Below, piece by piece: positions 36,475 to 49,862 of a stretch of 64,000 nucleotides of DNA. Location of the stretch: NCBI GenBank assembly GCA_051362555.1, contig CM120643.1, forward strand, positions 3,100,001 to 3,164,000, written 5' to 3'. Each line of letters begins with the position of its first letter. Positions within the stretch are counted from its first letter, which is position 1. Source of the stretch: Lingula anatina (Eukaryota; Animalia; Brachiopoda). Below the pieces are notes generated by a model, which searched no databases, was not told the origin of the DNA, and worked only from the letters and a program-made list of their open reading frames with translations. Position numbers and translations under genes: made by a program.

Positions 36475-37599
36475 GGAAAGAAAGCGTGCATCTACTAGTA
36501 TCGTCTTTTCTATCTGCTACCTTATTTTTCAGATTTCTCAAAAATATATTACTTCCGATTACTTTGTACAGGTGACATTCATCCCATATACATTATATGT
36601 ACTATAACCCCAATTGTACTTATCATATGGGAGTCCGGACTTCCATTTCTGTTACAACGGTTAAACCGTACTGTTAATTTTGAAATATAGAATATTTTGT
36701 GTCATCCATTTATTGATGCAACTGATTTGCTTTGTTTTATTTTTACTGTATGTATCCAATATCTCGCATCATTTTACCATAAATTACGAAACGTTGGGAT
36801 AACTCTGACGATCTCTAGCATCCACCATCTTTCTGTCAAAACTCTCTTTTTTTCTCTCTTCTTAATCAAGTATATAGACGTTACTTTCGATTAAACGCAA
36901 CATAATTTTCACATATGATCTCCAATGAGAGTAATGGATTTCAATTCATCGCACAGCTATAAGTTGTGCTTTACAGTGACATTCCCCTATCAACAGCACT
37001 TTTCATATCATATATGATATCGTTAATGGTTAAGCTTTGTCTTTCTAAATATAGTAATCAAATGCGACGTCACGAATGCTCTCTATTGTAGAGTTGGTCG
37101 TGCAATTACATGTATCAAAGAAATAATGCATGATCCTGGAATCTTCCCAGGCAATTGTTCTTTGATATAGTGTTTCATTTTAATGCACGAATAAACGTCG
37201 TCTTTTTCAATTACAGGGGAATTAAAGATGGTGAGCGACTAGTACTTCATTAGGCGCGGTTAATTTGTTTTGAAATTCGATATGTTAGCGAGCCTGATAC
37301 CGTCAAAGTGTATCCGCCATGAATCCCATTACAATACACTTGCTCTCCAAGTTACATCTTTCTGTTATTAAATTCATTTCTTGTGGTTTTGATGTAGGGT
37401 TTATGATCTGAGATGATTGTATCGGCATCGATGGTATTTCGGCCATATGCATAACCAGTGGATAAATGTATTGGTCTAACATAGAGGTCGATTAAAGGTT
37501 AAAAGATTGATCGTTACATTTACGTGTAAGATTTCCTTGGTTGGATACAATTATCTGTTATGCGTCTGGAGAGAGGATCTATATGCAATTTAAAGCCAT

Positions 37600-37757
37600 T
37601 GTGGCAGGAATGGTAGTCCTCTAGGAACCGTAGTCCGCTTCCAATTTCATTGTACAGGTGACATTCGTCCCATATACTAACCCCAATTAACCGACTAACC
37701 CTAACCTGTACTTATCATAAGGGACCCCGGACTTCAATTTCTAGGACTACCATACCG
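37600..37757 (+). mobile_element. Ginger-like MITE copy
   Basis: TGTGGCAGGAATGGTAGTCC..AGGAACCGTAGTCCG, homologous to 5954-6250. Confidence 0.65.
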
Positions 37758-39547
37758 TTTTGGTCGCATTTTCCTAGATTTCTGCACGTACAACAAATAA
37801 AAAAAAACTGTGCTGCTTATTACTCTCAAATTTACACCTATTATTTATATGACTTAAATAGCGCTCGAGTTAGAAAAAGCAACCTGATTGGATATTTTTT
37901 AATTGAAGGCAGGAAATATACATGTATGTTTGTGAAATAAATTATTTTTCACAAATTGGCATTGTCCAGGTGTGGCTTTGAATTTTCACGTTCCAAAAAC
38001 CCTGTGTTAGTTGCATTTTCCGTATATGTTCACGACTAGGGGGCGCCTGTGGGGTGGAGTATATAAATATACTGTAATTGAACATCAGTGGTAATTACGC
38101 TGGTGGGCATTATCTAATATTGCATCAAAATTGACCAAAAAAAAACATTTTGTACGCTGCCATGGTGAACACAATAAAAGACAAACCCAGTTTTTTATTC
38201 TCAAACTTCCAGGAATGAGAACCCTCCCTTCGTTTGTGCCTCAGTAAAGCTGCAGTCTGATGCAACGCTTCATAATCAGGACGATTCAATTTCTCAGCAA
38301 CAGGGCAATTTGATTTATGCCCCGTGGGTAATAGGTAGCATGTGCGGTGGAGTGGCAATCCGAAGAACTGTCAATTCAGTATCTGTGATTTTAGGGACCT
38401 GGGGAAAAACCGATGTATCGGTAAGACAACATTAAGTGACATTAATTGTAAAATAGTGTGTAGACTGTTTAAAGAAGACAGTTATTTGAAAGTCTCCGTT
38501 TTAACCGGAAATCAGTCGCCTTACTAAACGAGAACGCTCTTTATAAAGTGGTAAAAATGGTACGGCGCCTACACGAAAATCTTTTCAATATAAAGCAATT
38601 TTGTTGAAATGATTTAATTTAAAGCGTTGAGTTTTAGATTCTTCATTTTTTCTGAATTAACTGGGATCTCTTTTCCTGGCATTTTCTATTAAAAAATTCC
38701 TTGCAGAAAACTAAGCTTGTACAAAGAGAAACTAGTTTTCCGTTTTTTCCTCAATTGATGACATATCAATTCATCCATCAACAATTTATTCGTAGTTTGC
38801 CTTTCATTTACATCTGGGCTTAAAAAAAGGATTGAAATCAAAAATCCCATAACAAGTCTTTCTTCCATCAATTAAAAAAAACTATATTTTTATTTCATAG
38901 ATATACATAAGGTATACTGGTAAGGAGAATTTTATATAAATCGTCCATTATATCGTCTTTCTTGGATTACCAGTACATTAGTGGAAGCAAAAGAGGAACC
39001 ATGTTGAAGAGATTGAAACAGATAACTTCATTACAATCACCATCAGCACTTTTCAGTGAGAGGACATTAGCACCAATAGTTACTTGAAAGGCCCTCTAAA
39101 TTATCGGCACTTTTAGAGTAAAGCAGTAAAATGTGGGAAAATGGTGTATTTTGTCCCAACGCGTCAATTGAATGGTTCTTTAAAATTCATTTTCCTAGAA
39201 AACCGGAAAACGATGAGAAGTATGGCCAGACCTGTTTTGATTGATGGTACTGATCTCATGAAATCTGAATGAACTGAAATAATGGCTGCATATTGTCCAC
39301 TGATTTTCCAGTTGAAAATATACAGTATATAAAAGTCTTGCCGTATTCAGCACATTCTATGCACATTTGCCATCATTCTACCGTCATTGTTTCCTTTGGT
39401 ATTTTAGTGTTCTTTAACTATACCGACTATTACACATGGTTTCCCCCGCCATGTCCGCCTTGATAACCCAATCCATTTTTATCCGGTTCCTCTCTGATGA
39501 TCTCCTATTCTGTTTGTATCTGCGGTTCCATAGGGGTGACCACACAT

Positions 39548-39826
39548 AGACCCCATTCCCATACCTAGATCGTTCCAGCAGGATCGACCCATCTCTGAGG
39601 GGTTTCTTGCTAAACTACATTCAGCTTAAGGGGCTCCGATGTCTGGCGCGTCTACTGAAGCTGTTAGGCGGTGTAAGTAACTTTCGTTATGCAGTTTCAG
39701 TAGGCGTGCCATACACCTAAGCCGCTTAAGTTTAAAGCAATTTAGCGAGAATCCCCTGGGAGATGGGCCTGTCCTGCCAGGGAATTATATAATTATCTGG
39801 TCCTGCTTAATCGATCTTAGTATGGG
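39548..39826. mobile_element. Palindromic Harbinger-like MITE
   Basis: AGACCCCATTCCCATACCTAGATCG terminus; same family as 1420-1633. Confidence 0.6.
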
Positions 39827-40962
39827 TTAAAGTCAGAGACGTGGAATTTTACGTATTTTCTTGAATTGTGATTCAAGTACGTCAAGGTACTCCATTCTAC
39901 GTAATATGATGACATGTGTAGTGACTTTTAGTTCCACCACGCAGTCATGTATAACCTACGTATAATGATTAGTTTTCAGCTTAGGAACTTAAAAATTGTT
40001 AAGTATGAAGGTACATAGCTGGCTCATTGACCTAGTATAGTTTATATTTAAAAAGCTGAATTTACATGTAAGAAGTCAATTACAGTTCCCATAAAAAAAT
40101 TTCAAATAGGAGCCCCAAAAGATTCTGTTGACCCATGTGGAAGCCTCTATAAGAATACTACATGGTTCCTATGTAGACTATACATGGTGTCGGGAACATT
40201 TAAAATAGACAAGTTTGAACCAAGATGTAAAAATCTATCAGTCGCCCTGGTAAAGGGTAGGATTCCTATAGGATTTGGGTCAATTTCCAATAGGACGTCC
40301 TGTAAGACCCTGTAGGAAGTTTCCGTAGCATGTAAAGAGGAAACAATAAATTATGTGCCTGGTCAATCATGTATTTTTGGACTTTCTTTGAGACAGCGAA
40401 TCACTAGAGAATAAAGTTCAGAACATAGAATATGTGTTGTATGTTGTACAAATGTCTATTTGCCAGTCCTAGTGCATTTACATACATGTACGTATATTTA
40501 TATTTTGGGCAGTCTGCCAATTCTATTTCAGAATCCCAAAAAATTGCTTTTGGTGTAACCGCTTTCTGAGCTAAGTTAAGCAGAACTGTATTAGCAACCG
40601 ACAAATGTGAAAATATAATCTTATCAAATTATATCTTCATGCCATTAGGTTTCTTTCTTTCTTTTAAATTACATGTTTGGCAACAGTATCATATTCGAAG
40701 AAGAAAAGCATGTACGTATGTAACGACAGACATAAAATATCGCAATCTTCTCAGATCACCGAAAGGTAAAAAAAGCCAGCAATAAGTCGCAAACATGATC
40801 AAAACACAGAATATCATCCAGGTTAGCCAAAAGTCTCCCAATTAAGCTTTAAATTAAGTGAGATTTGTGAAGGGTTTGGGGGAGAGTAGGGTCGAGATAT
40901 TGGCAGACAAGCGAGGGGAGTGCGGCAACGCATGAAAGCTGATAAGATTTTTCTTTGGGAAT

Positions 40963-42227
40963 TTTTCTGGTTGATTTTTTTTTTTTTGATAAGTCTAATT
41001 ACAGGCTATGACACAACGGCATGCGCATTTATCATGTTTTACTTGTCACTTTTATATTACTCTCTAAGACCAAATAAGCTCATCGCTGATATTGACCCCG
41101 CCAAACACTGACGGACGCACGCTTTCAGGTATCGTGTGACGTCACACAGCCCCAACGGCTCATTTTAGGCTATTAGGTTGATTAATAGAGAAAGATGGTG
41201 TAACCACGAACCTCTGAAATTAAGCTATTTTTAAAGTTTTTTTAAAGATGTTAAACATTGCTCTTGCAACGATTACAGGCTGCCAGAGCGGGTTAACAAG
41301 TAAGGACAGTGATCACAGAGCCTAAGACTGCGTTCCCATAGATTTAGACCGATCCATCTAGATCGACCTAACTCCCTGGGGGTTCACGCTAAATTGCTGT
41401 CAGCCGAGCGCGCAGTAGTTAATTAGCCCCTTACAGCTTTTAGTAGGCGGGACAGACGCTTAAGCCTTCTAAGCTGACAGTAATCTAGTGAGAGTCCCCA
41501 CAGGGATAGATCGATCTAAAATCTATGGAAATGGGGTCTAAGAGACATTTAGGGAGGGGGGCTTCAATTTACGCAAGCAGATTCTGTGGACCGCCTTTTG
41601 TTCTCATCTAGACGGCGGTTAGATATAGATAATAAGATACTTCTGGCAGTTTTGATTTACCTTCTGAAGTTAGTATGGGTATATGGTTATCAATAAGATT
41701 TCGTTTGATTAAATCTGAAATGCCGTTGAGAGAAATAGCAATCTCCGCAGCAAAGCAGTGGTATTTACGGAGTAGCATCCCAGTTGTAGAGACAGCTGTG
41801 ATATTGTCAGAAACAAACAGCGCAGAGTTAATGGATAGAAAGGACAAGACTCGTTTGTTTTTACAAAGGCAATTAAATTACCTGCAATTTCCTCCTAATC
41901 AATTCAACCGTACAAGTCATAGAATTAACATTTTTTATGACATGCGAAAACAAATGAATGTCTTTTCTGGCAGTAGTGGAAATACTTTTTTACTCTCACT
42001 TTTTCCGAGAATTAAATCTTAATTTAAGCATGTAAGCGAGATTTATAGTTGATAGTTTGCCGACCAGGCATAAAAAGGTTCTTTTGGTGAAAAACCGGAC
42101 AATTTCTGTCATAGTGGCATAGAAATAAATTTGATTCAAAGCCGCCCTTTCACCGACCGAAAGATCAGTTAGTTCGAGCCCCCCCTCCCCTCCCCCTTCT
42201 CCCCCTCCCATCTTCCCACAAAAATCG
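40963..42227 (+). repeat. Segment A (1265 bp), copy 1 of a near-identical direct duplication
   Basis: Repeated at 42882-44146 (offset 1919); one substitution noticed (41113 G vs 43032 T). Confidence 0.95.
41326..41538. mobile_element. Harbinger-like MITE with TAA target-site duplication (also at 43245-43457)
   Basis: TAA-GAC..TTCCCATAGATTT ... AAATCTATGGAAATGGGGTC-TAA. Confidence 0.75.
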
Positions 42228-42232
42228 GTGAA

Positions 42233-42886
42233 TACACTATACCGGTGTAACAGGATTTTAAGTCCTAGGAATGGAAGTCCGGTGTAACATGAAAATCTGA
42301 CTCCCTCAGTCGAAATTTCATAATGAAAATCTGACTTCCCCCATGAAATTTTTACTCCCCCACAAAACTTTATAAATCTTATTTTATTTGAGTATACAAC
42401 TTTTAATCTTGTAGTATGCATGATGGAGGATACTTGGGGGGGGGGGTCACATTTTCATTATGAAAATTTGACTGGGGAGTCACATTTTAGTGGTACACCG
42501 GGCTCCCATTGATTAGTACAGGTTAGGGTTAGTCGGACTATTGGGGTTAGTATATGGGACGAATGTCTCCTGTACAAAGTAATGGGGAACGGACTACGGT
42601 TCGCTAGCCGACTACCATTCCTGTCACATGTACACCGATATATGCTGAACAACTGGTAACTTACACATTGAATAATGGTGATAAAACCTACAGTATGCTA
42701 ATACCCTAGAGGTAAACCTCTCATGTGCTGAATGTTTCACAGTGAATTTTTTGCCAATAGAAAATACTAGACCTTACATTATAAGCTAAGATTGCTTATG
42801 TATCAAAGGTAGACTCATATATGTAAGTCATACTAAATAGCTTCCCTTATACTAATTAACGGTTATACGCCACTGTATTTATTTTC
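42233..42886 (+). repeat. Segment B (654 bp), copy 1
   Basis: Repeated at 49111-49764 (offset 6878); apparently identical. Confidence 0.95.
42246..42628 (-). mobile_element. Ginger-like MITE with a second TGT..ACA MITE (42283-42497) nested at a CCGG site
   Basis: Inner TIR TGTAACATGAAAATCTGACTCCC / GGGAGTCACATTTTAGTGGTACA flanked by CCGG on both sides; the host sequence resumes after it. Same nest at 49124-49506. Confidence 0.7.
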
Positions 42887-44146
42887 TGGTTGATTTTTTT
42901 TTTTTTGATAAGTCTAATTACAGGCTATGACACAACGGCATGCGCATTTATCATGTTTTACTTGTCACTTTTATATTACTCTCTAAGACCAAATAAGCTC
43001 ATCGCTGATATTGACCCCGCCAAACACTGACTGACGCACGCTTTCAGGTATCGTGTGACGTCACACAGCCCCAACGGCTCATTTTAGGCTATTAGGTTGA
43101 TTAATAGAGAAAGATGGTGTAACCACGAACCTCTGAAATTAAGCTATTTTTAAAGTTTTTTTAAAGATGTTAAACATTGCTCTTGCAACGATTACAGGCT
43201 GCCAGAGCGGGTTAACAAGTAAGGACAGTGATCACAGAGCCTAAGACTGCGTTCCCATAGATTTAGACCGATCCATCTAGATCGACCTAACTCCCTGGGG
43301 GTTCACGCTAAATTGCTGTCAGCCGAGCGCGCAGTAGTTAATTAGCCCCTTACAGCTTTTAGTAGGCGGGACAGACGCTTAAGCCTTCTAAGCTGACAGT
43401 AATCTAGTGAGAGTCCCCACAGGGATAGATCGATCTAAAATCTATGGAAATGGGGTCTAAGAGACATTTAGGGAGGGGGGCTTCAATTTACGCAAGCAGA
43501 TTCTGTGGACCGCCTTTTGTTCTCATCTAGACGGCGGTTAGATATAGATAATAAGATACTTCTGGCAGTTTTGATTTACCTTCTGAAGTTAGTATGGGTA
43601 TATGGTTATCAATAAGATTTCGTTTGATTAAATCTGAAATGCCGTTGAGAGAAATAGCAATCTCCGCAGCAAAGCAGTGGTATTTACGGAGTAGCATCCC
43701 AGTTGTAGAGACAGCTGTGATATTGTCAGAAACAAACAGCGCAGAGTTAATGGATAGAAAGGACAAGACTCGTTTGTTTTTACAAAGGCAATTAAATTAC
43801 CTGCAATTTCCTCCTAATCAATTCAACCGTACAAGTCATAGAATTAACATTTTTTATGACATGCGAAAACAAATGAATGTCTTTTCTGGCAGTAGTGGAA
43901 ATACTTTTTTACTCTCACTTTTTCCGAGAATTAAATCTTAATTTAAGCATGTAAGCGAGATTTATAGTTGATAGTTTGCCGACCAGGCATAAAAAGGTTC
44001 TTTTGGTGAAAAACCGGACAATTTCTGTCATAGTGGCATAGAAATAAATTTGATTCAAAGCCGCCCTTTCACCGACCGAAAGATCAGTTAGTTCGAGCCC
44101 CCCCTCCCCTCCCCCTTCTCCCCCTCCCATCTTCCCACAAAAATCG
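42882..44146 (+). repeat. Segment A, copy 2
   Basis: See 40963-42227. Confidence 0.95.
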
Positions 44147-44326
44147 TGTAATATGCTCACATTGAATTCTGCACCCTTTGGTCATTACGATGGATACAAC
44201 CAGTGTGCTCTTGAATGTTTTGAGAAATTCAAAATGGCCGTCATATACCACAGATATATGCTTACTTTGAGAATATGAACCCACATTCCTTGACGATGTC
44301 ACTCAAGCAATGCGCAAATTATGTGA

Positions 44327-45095
44327 GGGGAGACCTGGGCTATTTGGACCCCGGGGTAAGTTGGCCCCTCGTCAATTTATGAAAGAATACCTTAGATGTA
44401 CAAAAATTAATCCCATGATTTTGTGACCTGACCGAATCCCAAATGTCGGCGTCTGTCTTTAAATCGTTTGGAGTGGCGAATCCAAATGGACCCTTTTTTA
44501 CATCTGAAAGTAACTTTGTTGATAAGATCTTAAATCTATTTCTATAGCCTTGCAATACGTGGAGTATATTAAAGGATGCGTACATGTACTAGGCATCGAA
44601 CTGAAGCTTGGTGTTCAACTTTTCGCAAAACTGTGTAAAGGTCGTTCATTCTACTACCAGAAATGCATACAATTCTTTATAATTAAAATTTGCTCAAGTG
44701 GTCAGTTGGGCCCCATGGCTCATGGCATGTTGGACCTCGTTTGGTTCATAGATATTTTGGCTCTGGTTATGTTTCTTCAGCAAAAATTAAAATTAAAGGA
44801 AACGTATAGAAATACCAATATTCTAAACAAATATTAGTTAAATATAATAAAAATGCGTAAAATATATGTCACGTGGCAAGTTAGTCCACCTGAAATCTTG
44901 CTTTATTTATTTATTTATCAAAATTTTTATGTCAAATCGTGAACCAAGTGACATAACTCCTCCAAAGGAATGACATTGCATTTGTAGATCAGTCCTTGGC
45001 TCACATTGGAAAAACGGTTTTGCTGTCCTAACTTATTCTCAGTTGGCTCTACAAGTCCAAAATTGTCTTAATTCGCCAACTTACCCCGTTTCCCC
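44327..45095. mobile_element. Probable non-autonomous DNA transposon
   Basis: GGGGAGAC..GGGGTAAGTTGG at the left and CCAACTTACCCCGTTTCCCC at the right; internal repeats of the AGTTGG(G)CCCC motif. Confidence 0.5.
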
Positions 45096-46184
45096 ATTTT
45101 GTATGAAGAGTTGGAACCATATCTTTGTTGTTTTAATAAAATGTTGGCGATCGCGAGGAAACAAGGTCTCGACTAACCTTTTGGTGCTCATTAAACTCTA
45201 CGAAAAAACAGAGAAACGAATAACACAAAGGAAGCAAAGGAAACAGAATGACAAAAAAAGAACCACGAGCCAGTGAGTGAAAACGAAATGCCATCGGTGG
45301 AAAATGCTTTGTGGTTTATTTTTTCTTCTAACCACCCAGATAATGAGACGTCATCGTACCTTAAGATGGCGGTAATGAGGAGAGAAAAGACGCGCGTCCT
45401 AGTAATAGAAACCTCTTGCGGTAACAAGTAGGCATCCTTTGAGATTGGGTAATTAACTAGATAAGAAGAAAAGGATCGAAATATTGGTTTTGGATACGAC
45501 GTACGTGTTTAGATCTGTAACATAAACTAGAGCAGTATCGTAAGACGGGTAATCCTATTTTGTCGATGAAAGGAGCGGTGAAAATTGATCACAAATGTAT
45601 ATTTCGCGATCGCTGGTTAGAGTTCTATAAACGGGTTAGGGAACATATCTGAGTGCAAAAAAACCAAATTGCATTAGATACATTTCTTTTGAAACGGAAA
45701 AATATATTTCAGTTGATGAAAGATAGAGCAGTGATGAAATGTTTTTAAGTAAATTGCAATCAGACGCCCCAGTTTGTAACTGCAATCCTCACTGCCAAAA
45801 TGTAATGAAACATAGGCATATGTTTTTTATCCTCTCAGTTTTATTAATGTTATGTATTTCTTTATTGTCGAAGGGAATAGTTGCCGATGCTTCCTGTAGT
45901 TGCGGCGAATGTGATCATTGCTTAAGAAACACCTTCCGAGTGTCGCCATTACATCGTGTCGTTAATATGTTGTAGCAGAGGTAAATGGACACGTTTTGAT
46001 GCCATTACTCTGCTTTACCGGATTTCCCTGGAGTGTGTTTTACTCTAGAAGCTGTATGTTTACATAGCACGAGAGTGCGAGATACATAGAGGGGAAATCA
46101 ATGGGAGTTGAATTACTTTATCCAAGGATGTAGACACAGCCGTGCTTAATAGGAAGATGTTGTTTTATCTTTGATTTGCTACCT

Positions 46185-46666
46185 CTCTGTCTGTTTTTCT
46201 GTCTGTCTGTTTGTTTGTTTGTCTGTCTACCTGTCTGTCTGTCTGTCTGTCTGTGTCTTTGTATGTCTGTCTGTCTGTCTTTGTCTGTCTGCCTGTCTTT
46301 GTCTGTTTGTCTGTCTGTCATTGTCTGTCTGTCTGTGTGCCTGTCTGTGTGTCTCTCTGTCTGTCTGTGTCTTTGTATGTCTGTATACCTGTCTGTCTGT
46401 CTGTCTGTCTGCCTTTGTCTGTCTACCTGTCTGTCTGTCTGTCTGCCTGTCTTTGTCTGTCTACCTGTCTGTCTGCCTGTCTTTGTCTGTCAACCTGTCT
46501 GTCTGTCTGTCTGTCTGCCTGTCTTTGTCTGTCTACCTGTCTGTCTGTCTGTCTGTCTGTCTGCCTGTCTTTTGCTGTCTACCTGTCTGTCTGTCTGCCT
46601 GTCTTTGTCTGTCTGTCTGTTGTTGTGGTACAATTCTTAGGACTGACTGACACTGCTTCTCAATCT

Positions 46667-46729
<63 letters not shown>

Positions 46730-46731
46730 TT
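46185..46731. repeat. Degenerate (TCTG)n tract (~435 bp) followed by (TTTA)n
   Basis: Direct reading; explains the spurious CLSV-rich ORFs. Confidence 0.95.
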
Positions 46732-48409
46732 TCTGTTTGCCTATTGGTTACGAAAGTTTTAAAAATAAAAACCTTTTTCGATAACAATTGAAAGTTTTAA
46801 ATACTAAGAAAAATAAGACTACACTAAAGGGATATTAGGAAATGTCCATTTAATTTACTGACACATTTTGTCCTCGACCTCAAGTATATTTTTCAAAATA
46901 CCTCTTAAGAAAGGTTTTTACAAATTACTTTCTTTGAGAATGCAGATTTGCGGTGTTTCGTCTGAAACATTTCAGTGTGACTTGCCACCGTTTTCTTTTG
47001 TCAATAATGGATACAATAAAAATTGAAGATTTAATAAATGGCTGAATTATTAAAAAAAAAACAAGCAACTGAAAATAATGACTTTAATTCAAAAAACGTA
47101 ACGAAGGTTTTTCATTTTCCCACGACACATTGAGAGTCACGCTCTCAAGGCCCATAAAACAATGTTTTATACTCTAAATGTCAAGCCACAAGCTATTTAT
47201 TGATTGTTTGAAATAAACATTCATGACATTTTATTAGTCGTTAAACACCATGCTCGCTTCCGGACAAGTTGTAGATTTTCTACTTAAGTAAAAAAGAAGT
47301 AAATCAATTGGAGAATGTGAGATGGATTTGCGAGCGACAGTAACGAGGTTTTTTTTTTCAGTGATTTGATTTGCTTGACTGATGTAAATTAATTTTCAGT
47401 TGGACAAACAATCTTTCTGCTAGCTTACTTTTAATCAAATTAAAAAAATGTTAAATGGACTTATAAATTGAGAAAGAGTGAAGGCGCATGAGATGTTTTT
47501 TAACGTAACCTTGTGTTAAGTACCGTGGTCGTTGTCAGAACCAGTCGGTTTTTAATTAACTGCTTACAAAGCTTGTTTTTCATTGTCAACATGATCAAAG
47601 AGAACGACTGCTGACACTGGAGATAAAAGAATTAGATCAAAGAGAGAAAGTAGCATATGTATCTAAAATAATAATAATTTAACTTTAAATAATTAAGCAC
47701 AGAAATGTTTTTACATTTAAAGGATTTTTATCTACTACGTATTATATAAAGGATAATGGTAATGATATTGAATAAATGAAAAAATAAACATAGCGTAATA
47801 CTATGTGACTCCGCTTTTTTTATTTGAAGACATGTGATAAGTAATATTGTAAGTTGTCCCTGGGATATCACTGGGATATAGTGCGTGACAGACTGATGAT
47901 TATGACTGTAGAATGTAGGATGGGTTTATCTGAACGCTTCGACTGGGTTCCCATGCCTAGATCGACCTTACAAGATCGGTCCATCTCCGCGGGGTTTCTC
48001 GCTAAATTGCTTTCAACTGAACCAGCTTAAATGTCTGTCACGCCTACTGAATCAGCTAGGGGTAAAGATAATTACCCCTTAACAGTTTTACTAGGCGTGA
48101 CAGACATTTAAACCGGTTAAGTTGATAGCAATTTAGTGAGACTCCCCAGGGAGATTGATCGATCCAAATGTCTGTGGGAATGGTCCTTTTAACCACGGAA
48201 CGATCACGTTCGCGTTACCAGCCGAACCCTTATAAACCGCAAGCATTGCAGCACTTGTAGCGTAATGTTAGACAAGAGATGGATAATGCGCTGCATATTA
48301 TCCAGAATCAAGTAAGACGCTGTCGACGAAAGATATACGTCCAAGGTCGGTATCAATAGGAATCAGGATTTCACGTTTAACGCATGGTAAGATGGCAGGA
48401 CTTTTCTCA

Positions 48410-48410
<1 letters not shown>

Positions 48411-48464
<54 letters not shown>

Positions 48465-48543
48465 TCAGTACACGTCGCTCTCTCGCTCTCCCCTTCTCTC
48501 TTTTCCTATCTTATCTCTCTTATTTCTCTCTTCCCCCACCCTT

Positions 48544-48626
<83 letters not shown>
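48411..48626. repeat. Compound microsatellite (CT)n(CA)n ... (CT)n(GT)n
   Basis: Direct reading. Confidence 0.95.
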
Positions 48627-48628
<2 letters not shown>

Positions 48629-49110
48629 CTACGGAGAAACCAATCACATAAAGATTGACAGTAACAATATTGCGTAAACAGGTTCATTATCAAACAAAGA
48701 AAGGCGTCAGGGTTACTCAACATGATATCGATAAACTACCCTCGTAAAACGGTGCGATTAATTTCAAAAGCAGAATTAAGAACTAAAGCCTTGTATCGCG
48801 TTGGCAGTAGAATCAAAACTCTTCAGTCGAGTCGAGGCGACATTTGTTAAAGATGGAGACGTGTCTGTAACTAGGGAAACAAATATTCTTTTCTCTTTAT
48901 CTGATTCTTAAATATACCTTTATATAGTTAAATGTAGCTAACTATTGAGGATATATAAACAATTACTGTAAAATTAAATAATTGGTGATTTTCCTTGCCT
49001 AACATTAATTGTAGAACGCTTGTGATGGTGGTTTATTTCATACAATTTTGTAACTGGACTATAGTGAAGGAATTATCATACCTTATTGTCCTTTATTAAT
49101 CAACACAATC

Positions 49111-49764
49111 TACACTATACCGGTGTAACAGGATTTTAAGTCCTAGGAATGGAAGTCCGGTGTAACATGAAAATCTGACTCCCTCAGTCGAAATTTCATA
49201 ATGAAAATCTGACTTCCCCCATGAAATTTTTACTCCCCCACAAAACTTTATAAATCTTATTTTATTTGAGTATACAACTTTTAATCTTGTAGTATGCATG
49301 ATGGAGGATACTTGGGGGGGGGGGTCACATTTTCATTATGAAAATTTGACTGGGGAGTCACATTTTAGTGGTACACCGGGCTCCCATTGATTAGTACAGG
49401 TTAGGGTTAGTCGGACTATTGGGGTTAGTATATGGGACGAATGTCTCCTGTACAAAGTAATGGGGAACGGACTACGGTTCGCTAGCCGACTACCATTCCT
49501 GTCACATGTACACCGATATATGCTGAACAACTGGTAACTTACACATTGAATAATGGTGATAAAACCTACAGTATGCTAATACCCTAGAGGTAAACCTCTC
49601 ATGTGCTGAATGTTTCACAGTGAATTTTTTGCCAATAGAAAATACTAGACCTTACATTATAAGCTAAGATTGCTTATGTATCAAAGGTAGACTCATATAT
49701 GTAAGTCATACTAAATAGCTTCCCTTATACTAATTAACGGTTATACGCCACTGTATTTATTTTC
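49111..49764 (+). repeat. Segment B, copy 2
   Basis: See 42233-42886. Confidence 0.95.
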
Positions 49765-49821
49765 ATAGCGGTATATTTTTCATTTGATTTACCTGTTGCA
49801 AACGTTAAAAAGATAAGCCTC

Positions 49822-49862
<41 letters not shown>

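Noticed and set aside
41608-42022. Twice-occurring ORFs (79 and 115 aa) as duplicated genes
   Set aside because: Their identity simply reflects the recent segment A duplication; they have no recognisable domains.
46118-46762. Long Cys/Leu/Ser/Val-rich ORFs
   Set aside because: They are translations of a (TCTG)n microsatellite, open in several frames.
48384-48723. His/Thr and Glu/Arg repeat ORFs
   Set aside because: They are translations of dinucleotide microsatellites.
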